DNA from: Zancudomyces culisetae HAW-14-8
Lineage: Eukaryota > Fungi > Kickxellomycota
Direction: 5' to 3'
Assembly (NCBI GenBank): GCA_052426225.1
Contig: JBNJNM010000012.1
Coordinates: 496,001-560,000, forward strand
DNA: 64,000 bases
Shown here piece after piece: positions 12,201 to 22,991 of this stretch; position 1 is the first letter of the stretch; each line of letters begins with the position of its first letter. The notes beneath the pieces are model-generated. The model made no database searches and was not told the origin of the DNA. It saw only the letters and a list, made by a program, of their open reading frames with translations. Made by a program: the position numbers and the translations under genes.

Positions 12201-14308
12201 CTGTGTGCATCTATAATCCTTTGTATTTCCTCATCTATCTCCTCATTCTGTGTCTCTTTTTCCTCTAACCCTTCTATTCCTACCCCATATAGCTCATACT
12301 CATTATCTTTTGACTCAATCGTTATGTCTTTGCGTGTTGAAATTGACAAGGATATTTCATACTCCTCGTTATTCAACACTAACTCATTACTGTTTAAGTT
12401 TATAACCGCCCCGTGTCTTTTAAACCAGTTTGTTCCAAGGATTAACACATGGGTTCTCTGATCCATAACTGTCATGTCAACCGGAAATCTTTGCCCAGCA
12501 ATTGTAAGCGGTACCTCTGAAATTATACCCTTTGTTCCGTGTTTTCTTCCATCTGCTGTCACAATTATTTGGTTAGATTCTTTGTCGATATCCAACCCTA
12601 GCACTTCAGCAAAAGTATTTGAAATTACAGAACAGGCAGCGCCTGTATCCAGTATGGCCCAATAATGTCTCCCAAATATGCTTATAATGACTTTGCAGTT
12701 TGAACTTACATTTTCAATGCTGTTCACTTCTTTAATTTCATACTCTTCACCTTTTCTTATATAAGTAATGAGTTCTTTTCGCACCTGTGGAGAAGCCTCC
12801 AATAATTGAGCTAGATTTATATTAGCTTGTATACCTTGTAGTTCCTTTTTGATAGAATATTCATCTTTATCCGTTGTGAATTTTATAGGTATTCCCTTCT
12901 TTCTCTGTATTTTGGTTTTATAATATCTCTGTTACTTTTGACTTCTATCGTTGACTCACCTTCTCTTCTTCTCTTCACATCTATTTCTTTTTGTAGTTCA
13001 TTTTTTCTCTTTTCTGCTGCATAAACCTCTGTTTCACCTGCTTCGCACTCCAAAACTTGACTAACAATTACCTCGTTTTCCACTTCCAAGAAATTTACCT
13101 CCCTTTTATTTGTATTCAAAGGGATTGCATTACTTCCTGTCGCTACACTTGTGTTGGTTCGTGGGTTAGTTTCCCTCCTAGGACATTGGTATGGCCAATG
13201 ACCCGGCTCCCTACACTCGAAACAGAAAGGATTCTTTGGTGGTGGTCTGCTGTTACCTGCCTTAATGCTATTGATAATGCTAATACTAAGCTCGTCAAAC
13301 TTTTTAACAATCTTTTCATACATTACTTCAGGATCATCTTTTAAGGATCTAGCCTCTTGTATCAACTTTTCCTTTGTGACGTTTTCAAACAGATTTCCTC
13401 CGCTGCCCGATGGTGATTCGTTGCAAATACTTTCAAGTTGCTCATATCTTACTAATTGGTTTATTGCTTCTTCCCATGATTCAGCACCTTTTTCAAAAAT
13501 AAGTTTTTTAAATGATGGTTTCAGACAAGCAGTCAAGTACCGTAACTTATCTTTCTCCTCGGTTATACTTGCGGCTTTGAACAGTACTTAAAGTTTAGAT
13601 GCAGTCTCTAGAATATCCATGCTCTCCTGTTTGAATCCTTGGAGCTCTTCCCATGAAGATAACTCTCATTCTTTGCTTTTAAACTGTTTCAAAAATGACT
13701 CCTTGCACTTTGCCCAATCCTTGAATTTATCTTGATAGATAATGTACCACTGTTTTGCTTTACCGCCTAAATATGACTCTACACAATCCACGTACTCTGC
13801 TTCTTCAAAATCGTTCTTTTTCATGTAAATCTCAAACTTTTTTAGTTTTGTTTACTGTTATTTTTTATATTTAATATACTTTTTGATAATTATATAATTT
13901 TAGGTTATGGGGATATTAAATTTATGTAGTTGTAATATATAAATGTAACTGGTTTGGTTAGATATATTTACTTTAACTTAATATTTGTTTCAGCCTAGCT
14001 GGGAGCGCCAAATGTGGTAGGAATTGTTACTACCAACGTTTTTGCTTAATTGTAGTTTTTACTATTCTTATACTTGTTATTGTATAAGGGTACTTTCAAA
14101 ATATATACTAGTATCTATTATGTTTAGATTTATTTATTGTAAAGGACAAAGAATTTTATAATACTGAATTAAACTTCTTTAAATAAAACTAAAATAGATT
14201 AAGAAATAAATTGATAACGATTAGAACTACAACCTATCATATTCCCAAAAAACCACAAGGGGAAAAAATGGATTAGTCGGATTGTAATATCCAATAATTC
14301 ATACGACA
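9194..14308 (-). mobile_element. Ty3/gypsy LTR retrotransposon E2
   Basis: 296-bp LTRs (9194-9489, 14013-14308) with ~4 mismatches. TSD CGAC (9190-9193, 14309-14312). PBS TGGCGCTCCCAGCTAGGC (14010-13993). G-run PPT. Confidence 0.95.
9501..13850 (-). pseudogene. E2 gag-pol, disrupted (ORF pieces 12883-13536, 10409-12802, 9501-10493)
   Basis: CFECREPGHWPYQC, LDTGA, FIDDII, TTDAS, integrase core and GPY are present. Frameshifts occur and there is no clear gag start. Confidence 0.85.
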
Positions 14309-14671
14309 CGACATAACTGTCGCATAATGTGAAGTATCACTACTTCCATTAGCGCTACCATCACGTGTTATACCGGTTCTGGTACGATCACTGATGGTTG
14401 ATGCACTTCTATTGCGTAATGCAATGTGCATCGAGGGGTGCTCGGGTGAGCTAATACCCCTGTACAGTGTCGGTGAAATTGTACTCACCGACATTTCTTC
14501 CGGGCTCCTACGGATCTGGAGTTGACGGACACTTTCTGTCAACTCACCAAGGGTGCGGGGACTTAATACCCCTGCATCCTGATCCATGCTGCTGCCCCTG
14601 CTCATGCTGGTAGAAGTGTGTGACTCCCTCCTGGAGTCACATTCGGTTCCAATCCAACTGTTTAAAAACAT
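14273..14671 (-). CDS. Ser-rich small protein of unit B'; reads into the E2 5' LTR
   Basis: Identical to the copy B protein up to the unit end. Confidence 0.7.
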   Translation of the reverse strand: MFLNSWIGTECDSRRESHTSTSMSRGSSMDQDAGVLSPRTLGELTESVRQLQIRRSPEEMSVSTISPTLYRGISSPEHPSMHIALRNRSASTISDRTRTGITRDGSANGSSDTSHYATVMSCRMNYWILQSD

Positions 14672-15084
14672 TATTGCTAATTTATCTTTTGGTTTATATT
14701 TGATTTTATTTAATTATTTTATTATAGTATTCCGTATCGAGACATGGATGAGGTTTTCATGTGTCATCCATACGTCTCCTTAAATATATTATTCAAATTT
14801 TAAACCACTATATATAAACTATATACCAAAATATGACTATTGTTATAATATTATTAATAATTTGTTTGTTATTAATGTTAAATGTAAAATGCATGGGATC
14901 ATTTTACGTTTTACATTCATCATTATTGAACTAGCACAGTATGAAAAATTGATTGCATAATGAGCTCAAAATTATTTGAATTTATTTAAAAAAGTAAACA
15001 AAAAATGAATTTGCATTTTCGCACTGAGTGTACCATTTTCAGGCACATCCACGTGGTATTGTACAAATTGTTAATAATGCGACA
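14318..15084 (-). mobile_element. Structured ORF-bearing unit, copy B'
   Basis: 767-bp reverse complement of copy B, about 2 differences. Confidence 0.85.
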
Positions 15085-15085
15085 T

Positions 15086-15417
15086 TGTCGTATAAAGATA
15101 CGATTTTATATAATTAGCTTTATTTATTCATTAGGTTTTTAGTTAATAGTTTTGAGATTGGACCTTTTTTCCCCCTGTGGTTTTTGTCCAATAGTTTAGT
15201 TAGTTATTTACATTATATTTCCTCATTAATTATATTATTATCTGGGGGTTAAAGCAACCGCCCACTTTGAATTAATTAAAAACACATCTTAACAAAATAT
15301 TAAGTTAAACATATATAGTATTAAAAAGAACAATAATACTAAAATAATATACTTAGTAATAAACATATAATACAATAAGAATATTAAATAATCATAGAAT
15401 TATGAAATTCTATAACA
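15086..15417 (+). repeat. Solo LTR (family x)
   Basis: Inverted copy of 8095-8426. Confidence 0.85.
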
Positions 15418-15929
15418 ACTGTTATATAGTGGCTAGAGCTACCTCTAGACATTATATAATAATAACTTACCAATTACATATTTATTTCTATTTATTAATA
15501 TTTAGGTTTATCTCTTAATATAAGTTAATATTTATTATAGGTTATTTAGTATATTATGTGTTGCCTAGTTTTTTTTATCCTTCTGGATTTTTTCTACAGC
15601 AACATTCTAGATTATTATTTTAATTTGTATAGTTTTAAGTTTAAAATATATTTAGGTTTTAAGTTTAATAGTTGTTTTAAAAAAGTATAAATATGATAGT
15701 TATTCAAATAGTTTAAACATCATCAAATAAACACGTAAAATACAAGTTTGGTCTATTTATTAAAGTTATAGTTACTATAGTGAAAACTTAACAACATTAG
15801 TACATAGTATAGTTTTTCTATCAAATAAATATATTTTTTACACAATAGCGAACTGGAACCTGGAATTCGCTAACAGTGGCGTCAGCGACAGGATATCGGA
15901 AGTATCCTGATATTTTAGTAACTGAATTA

Positions 15930-18900
15930 ATGTACAAAATGAATACTCCTACTGTATTTGTTGCAAGTAATGGTTTAGATCCAGATGAGTGGTTGGAAGA
16001 GTTCTGCCTTATGGCAAAGTTAAATATATGGGATTCAGAGGACTAGACCGATCTGGTCAAGCTATACTTGGGCAACAACGAAAAGATGTGGTATAAAAAG
16101 AATAAATCATCTTTTACAAGTTGGGAAAGTTTTGCTACATTATTTAAGAAGAAATTTAAACAAGTATAACCAAAATCGCAAATCTGGGAACGCCTCCGTT
16201 CAATTAAACAAATTGATTTCGATACTATTGAAGAATTCGAACTTGAATTAGTAGCTTTGTTTCAAAGTGCCGAGATATCGGATGAGAAGATCCGTACTGA
16301 CTGGCTTATTAGTACACTTAAACCAGAGCACAAGAAGATTGTAGAGGAAGAGCAACTGAGTGAGTGGGATAAAGTAATAACAAGGGTGATAACTGTCAAG
16401 GTCTGGACTTGGATAAAATAGATTTATTAGTAAACTAGACTATAAGTGAATAAACTAAACGAAACTAAACTCGTTGTAAAACTTATCGTTCCATCATGAT
16501 AATCGTATAGCTTATATACTTTTCATGATGGGACGATAATTTTAAAATTATACTAATTTAAAACATAACTAAAACATAACTAAAACATTTAAATTAATAA
16601 TGTGGAGGTCGGTAAATGTTATGGATATAATTGATAAATTATATGAAACATTGTCCTGTGGAGACAAAGGTTTCATATAATTTAAAACCATAACAATAAC
16701 AGAGGAACAATCGTTGCGCACAAACCAAAGGAGAAGCAAGCTATCAGAGGTGGACCCAAAGCTAAAGGAATACAATCGCAATGCAGCGAGCAAGTCTGGA
16801 AAAAACGTTAAAGACTTAGTAAAGGACCAGAAACCTTATGGTCAATTTTTGAAGATGTTTGATGAGATGAGTGTGAATTTGTTAAATAAAGTTGAGGAGT
16901 TGTAGACAACAAGTTAAAAGAAGCAGAAATAATCAAACAACGTAGTTTCGGACCAAGAAAATTGATATGTTATAACTGTCAACAGGAGGGGCATACAAGA
17001 AATGATTGTCCCCAGTTATTCAAAAAACCTAAACCATACGTTCAACCTGAAGATGTGGCTAAGACAATTAACTATATTCAAATATCAGATGATGTAGAAC
17101 CAATTCAACAAGATATATTTTCCGTCGAAAAGCGTAAATCCACCACTGAACAGGATAACGATGCACCTAGAAGAGTTGGAAGACCTCGATTACAAGAACT
17201 AGCACAAGTTCGCAATACCAGGGTTGAAAATCAACAAGGTAGTTTAGGGGCAGAAAATATTCAGGCAACGGTTGGTAGAACGGTAAAAGAGTACGCTAAA
17301 CCATTTTCGCTGATCGAGGAGCTAGAGAAGATGTCTCTTAAGGTGAATGTATTGCAGCTTTTGGACTGTTCGACTACAATGTCTAAAGAATTAATCGAGT
17401 ATATTAATAAACAAAAATTACCTGAGGTTAACGAACTAGATGTTGAAGAAAAAAGGTTATCAAACTGTAAAGCACTAGTTAAGGTGTTTGGGCAGAACCT
17501 CTGGGCAGTTGTGGATACTGGCGCAGCATGTTCTGTGGTTTCCTCAATTTTAATAGAGGAATGGGACCTAGAACTAGATACATATAATAAACAAACTATA
17601 GTTACTGCAGACGGAAAACGTCATACCACGTTGGGTAAGGTGACTGACATACCATTAAAAATATCATCTTTTGTATTTCCAGTAAACCTGTGGGTTATGG
17701 AGCGTAAGGAAGATATCTTGATTCTAGGCACAGACTGGTTGCTGGAACATAGAGTTTCGCTTAACCTGCGTATCCCAGAACTTCGTTTACCTATTGAAAA
17801 TGCGGAAATTACAACTAAGTTAGCAATGTTCACAAATAAAAGTGTGTTAAGAGAAGAACAAGAGATATATTTATTGTGTAAAGAAGAAACAGTTGGTAAA
17901 AATTATAATGAATCTATGGTGTTCAAAAAAGTTATGGAAGAATTCGCTGACATTTTTGTGGATGATATTTCTCAATTAACTCAAACAAATGTTATGGAAC
18001 ACAAGATTGATATAATTGAAGAAAAACCAATAAAGTTACGACCATATCGAATGCCGCAGAAAACTCAAGAAGCCGTTAGGCAAGAGTTAAAAGAGATGGA
18101 GAAGAGGGGAGTTATTTCACATTGCATTTCAGAGTGGTGTGCTCCGGTAGTCGTCGTGCACAAGAAAAACGGCCAGTTAAGGATCTGTGCCGACTATCGT
18201 AAACTGAACGCTGTAACCAAAAAAGATTCCTATCCCTTACCCTTAATTGACGATCTGTTTATGTCTTTATCTGGATCAACTGTGTTTACTTCGCTTGATG
18301 CCCTCAGTGGCTTCTGGCAAATTAAAATGTATGAAAACGACAAATGCAAAACTGCCTTTTCAATTCCAGGCGGAGGTAGCTATCAATATAATGTAATGCC
18401 TTTTGGGCTTACAAATAGTCCTGCTACATTTCAACGAGCAATGGAGATTGTTTTAAAGGATGTTTTATGGAAAAAGGCAGTGGTGTTCGTGGACGACATT
18501 ATAATTTATTCAAAAGATATCAAACAGCACATAACTGATTTAAGAGAAGTATTTTTATTGTTAAGAACAAATGGGATACAGTTACATAAACAAAAATGCG
18601 TAATAGGTCAAAGAGAGTTAGAGTATCTTGGACACACTATTTCTGAAAAGGAGTCGGTACTAGCCCTTCAAAGATTGAGACAATAAAAAAGATAAAGCCG
18701 CCAACTTGTGTCAAAGAATTACAATCTATATTAGGATTAACAGGATATTATAGAAGGTACATTGAAGGATATTCAAAAATTACATCACCTTTAAATAAAC
18801 TCTTACGCAAGGAGACCAAATGGTGTTGGGAATCGATTCATGACGATGCAATAAATATATTAAAGTAAAAATTGATAACTGCTCCGATACTAGGATTCCC

Positions 18901-20625
18901 TATTTGGACTGAAGAATTTGTGCTAACTACAGACGCCTCAGTGACTGGAGTAGGCGCTGTACTTTCACAAGTTGTTAACGGTGAAGAGAGAGTTATTGAA
19001 TTTGCTAGTCGTACTACCAACAAAGCAGAACAAAACTATTCTATATGTCATCTAGAAGCGTTAGCAGTTATTTGGAGTGTTAAAAAGTTTAAATATTATC
19101 TATGGGGACGAAGATTTAAAATACGCACTGATCATAAATCTTTGTTACAAATATTCAATGGATCCGAGCTTACAGGTAGAATTGCCCGTTGGGCAATGAT
19201 ACTTAGAAGCTATGACTACTATATTGAACGCTTACCCGGTAAACACAATCCTGCTGATGCCTTGTCTCGAAATATATTAAATGAAGATCATCCTAAAGCA
19301 AATATTGAATTGGATATTTATTCTATGGATATATTAGAATATGTGGATACAGTACAATATCTTACCTCTATGCAATATCCTACTGGTGCTAATGACAAAA
19401 TGAGAGAAAAAATTCGCAATAGAGCACGTCAATATTATTTAAAAGATGGGAAGTTATTTAAAAAGGTAAATAAGATATTTAAAGAGGTTTTGCACGAAAG
19501 GAATTTTAAAGAAATTATAACTAATATACACAACGAGGGACATGAAGGTATTGAAAATACGTGGCGTAGGGTAACCAGTAAATATACAGGAAAAAATTTG
19601 TATAAGGATGTTTTAGGGATTGTCAAATCATGTCACATTTGTCAAATGCATAAAGACGGCAAAACAAAGAAAAATTATTTGGTGCCTATTATTACTTCAA
19701 AACCATTTGAAATTTTTGGTATTGATGCAATTGTACCGATTTCACCAATAACGGGAAATGGAAATCGCTACATTTTAACAGCCGTTGACTATTTTACAAA
19801 ATGGCCAATCGCCGTGCCTGTTACAAATTTATTGAGTGAAACAATAATAAATTTTATAGTTAACGAAATTGTTGCAAATTATGGCGTTCCACAACAAATA
19901 ATAAGCGACCGCGGTTCAAGTTTTGTTTCAGATAGTACAACAAATGTTTTCGAGTGGTTGGGATTAAACCATAGACCTACAACTTCTTATAGGCCACAAA
20001 GTAACGGCCAGGTAGAACGATTTAACAGAACTTTAATTAATATACTTAATAAACAATGCAAATACGATAAAGAAAATTGGGATTCTTATATTTGGAAAAC
20101 ATTGTTAGTGGTAAGGTCATTAAAAAATAAATCGACAGGTTATACGCCTTCTGAGTTGTTATATGGAGTAAATATTTGTTTACCTTCTACTTGGACTTAT
20201 AATGGTGAGATTGAAGATGTAGAAGAAAATATTAGTAGTAGAATTAATAGCTTTAAAATAGATTTGCCTGAGTTAAGAAATCTTGCATTACGAAATTCGA
20301 TAAAAGCGAAGAATTTTATGGAAAAACGATACAACGAAGATGTTAGACATTATAAATTTCGAATTGGAGAAACAGTATTGAAGCGAGACGAAATGGAAAG
20401 AAGCAAATTCGAAAGTTATTGGGAAGGACCCTATACGGTTAAAGAGTATTCTCAAAAGGTGCTTATATTATTAACGATCATCAAGGTAACCGAGAATTAG
20501 TAAACGGTGACATGTTAAAAATGTACTTCACAAATAAGAACATGATACCCGAAGTAACAACTACGCTTAAATCAAAACTAAAAAGGTTTAAAAATAGAGA
20601 GCGGGATGAGGGCATCCACGCTTAA
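15930..20625 (+). pseudogene. E3 gag-pol with stops, frameshifts and a nested solo LTR
   Basis: CYNCQQEGHTRNDC, VDTGA, FVDDII, TTDAS and integrase core are present, with in-frame TAG/TAA codons. Confidence 0.88.
16394..16695. repeat. Nested solo LTR with a 5-bp TSD inside E3 gag
   Basis: TG...CA termini. TSD ATAAC (16389-16393, 16696-16700). Removing it restores the gag frame TRVITEEQSLRT. Confidence 0.85.
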
Positions 20626-21097
20626 GGGAGGAGGTTCTGTTATATAGTGGCTAGAGCTACCTCTAGACATTATATAATAATAACTTACCAATTACATATT
20701 TATTTCTATTTATTAATATTTAGGTTTATCTTTTAATATAAGTTAATATGTATTTTAGGTTATTTAGTATATTATGTGTTGCCTAGTTTTTTTTATCCTT
20801 CTGGATTTTTTCTACAGCAACATTCTAGATTATTATTTTAATTTGTATAGTTTTAAGTTTAAAATATATTTAGGTTTTAAGTTTAATAGTTGTTTTAAAA
20901 AAGTATAAATATGATAGTTATTCAGATAGTTTAAACATCATCAAATTAACACGTAAAATACAATTTTGGTCTATTTATTAAAGTTATAGTTACTATAATG
21001 AAAACTTAACAACATTTGTACATAGTATAGTTTTTCTATCAAATAAATATATTTTTTACACAATAGCGAACAGGAACCTGGAATTCGCTAACACAAC

Positions 21098-21506
21098 TGT
21101 CATATAATTAATGATAGTTCATACCTTCTAGCTTTGATTGGCAGTTTATTTATCATATTTAATTTATCATATTTATTATATCATATTTATTTCATTGGAG
21201 ATTGGACTTTTCTCCCTATGGAGGGTTTTATCCAATTTCTATCCTTTATAACAGGTTAGTCGTTATCAGAAAAAGTTTTATAATTAGTTTTAGAGATAAC
21301 AAAAGATATATATAATTTATACACAGTTTTGAAGAAGAAAAAAAAATAAAACAAAAATAAGATATCAAAAATTACGACTGTACTAACTTCAGAAAACGAA
21401 CTATTAGCAAGGGTGTAGGATAAAAACTATACAAGTGCGATAGAGTTCGGAGTTGAGTACAAAGCCCCTAAAAAGGCAAACATATTTAAAATAATATTAC
21501 ACAACA
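21098..21506 (+). repeat. Solo LTR (family y)
   Basis: TGTCATA...CAACA termini; contains ATTGGACTTTTCTCCC...GGGTTTTATCCAAT. Confidence 0.75.
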
Positions 21507-21510
21507 TAAC

Positions 21511-22355
21511 TGTCGCATGAGTGAGCAATTGTACACTTAAGTACAATTGTAGTACAAATTGAAGTACACTCATCGCAGAATGAAAATTAAATTTTTGTAT
21601 CTGCATGAAATTCAATTTGGAAAATGAGCGACACAGTATGAAATTAATTCTACATGCTGAGTCGACTCAATAATGATAGAATTTAGTATGAAAAATGTCT
21701 TCATACTAAATCCTAAATTAAATAATAATTATTAGGTGTTCCCAACACCTAATTCAACATTCACTACATAAGTAAAATATGTAGAGGAAGTCAGTATCAA
21801 GTCATAATAGTTCTTATAGTACATAAGTAATATTAATTTAAACGTTTTGAAGATAGTAGCAGTTTAATAGAAATTTATATTTAAGGAACAAGAAGAGGCA
21901 AATGGAAAAACTTCATCCATGTTCTACTCTACTGATTAAATAGTATATTAATTTAAACACAATAAAAAAAACTTCAGAATATTATTTATAATAACCAATA
22001 ACCAAAAATGAACTATTTCTTTTATAGTAAAAGCGAATCCAAGAGGGATTCAGAAACTAGCTCCAGTCTGAGTACGGCTAGTAGCATGGACCAAGAGACC
22101 GGGGTTCTAAGCCCTCGGACTCTTGGGGAGTTGACAGAAAGTGTCCGTCAACTCCAAATCCGTAGGAGCCCAGAACCAATGTCCGTGAGCAGCATCTCAC
22201 CGACATTGTACAGGGGAAATAGCTCACCCGAGCACCCCTATATGCACATCACACTACGGGGTAGTGGTGCATCCTCATCAAGTGGTCATACCCGAACTGG
22301 TATGACACGTGATGAACATAATAATCATGATCTCCCGAATTATGATTATTACGAC
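21511..22355 (+). mobile_element. Structured ORF-bearing unit, copy C; ends CGAC, abutted by copy D
   Basis: TGTCGC start; same motifs and hairpins as copies A and B. Confidence 0.82.
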
Positions 22356-22475
22356 TGTCGAGATACTAGATCCGGGTATCACGGCATAGCAACGTGTATT
22401 GGATCAGATTACACGTTGCTGAACAATTACATTGTTCATTCAAGAAACGTTGAGATATGTATGAATGATTGTTAA
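22008..22475 (+). CDS. Ser-rich small protein of unit C; reads into unit D
   Basis: SSMDQETGVLSPRTLGELTESVRQLQIRRSPEPMSVSSISPTLYR. Confidence 0.7.
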   Translation: MNYFFYSKSESKRDSETSSSLSTASSMDQETGVLSPRTLGELTESVRQLQIRRSPEPMSVSSISPTLYRGNSSPEHPYMHITLRGSGASSSSGHTRTGMTRDEHNNHDLPNYDYYDCRDTRSGYHGIATCIGSDYTLLNNYIVHSRNVEICMNDC

Positions 22476-22979
22476 CAACACATTCATACACCAACGTTTC
22501 AACGCAAACATTAATATAGTAATATTGTTTTTTTATGGATGATAGTTTAGTGATTATTTATAAAGAGTTAGATTATATAAATAAAAGACATAGGATGAAT
22601 TTGAAAGCGTCATCCATGTCTTAATATACGGACGTATAAATACAAATCTAGTTAATAATAAAAAAATTATATCAAAACTACGAAAATGTACTATTCAAAT
22701 GGGTATGAAGATGAGGAGATGGCAATAAGTACCACTTCATCATCTTCCGGAAGAAGTACTGGCAGCAGCATGGATCAGGATGCTGGGGTATTAAGCCCCC
22801 AGACCTTGAAAGATCTGACCACTAGCGTGCGTCAGATACAGATCCGTAGCAGCCTAGGGAGTCCGTCGGGGATCAGACTTTCCCCTACACCTCCAAAGGG
22901 GTGTGTGTCACCCCATTCTGCGCAAATGGGGATAAGGTTACAGAGCAATTGTGTAACCCCCAGATCCCATATTGCGACA
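22356..22979 (+). mobile_element. Structured ORF-bearing unit, copy D (divergent subfamily)
   Basis: TGTCG...GCGACA termini; TCATCCATGTC motif; inverted relative at 29355-29975. Confidence 0.82.
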
Positions 22980-22991
22980 GATATGTTTTGA
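22686..22991 (+). CDS. Ser-rich small protein of unit D
   Basis: GSSMDQDAGVLSPQTLKDLTTSVRQIQIRSS. Confidence 0.68.
   Translation: MYYSNGYEDEEMAISTTSSSSGRSTGSSMDQDAGVLSPQTLKDLTTSVRQIQIRSSLGSPSGIRLSPTPPKGCVSPHSAQMGIRLQSNCVTPRSHIATDMF

Larger units (their letters stand above)
15420..21093 (+). mobile_element. Ty3/gypsy LTR retrotransposon E3 (decayed)
   Basis: 456-bp LTRs (15420-15875, 20638-21093) with ~9 mismatches. TSD CAAC. PBS TGGCGTCAGCGACAGGAT (15877-15894). PPT AAGGGAGGAGG. Confidence 0.95.
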
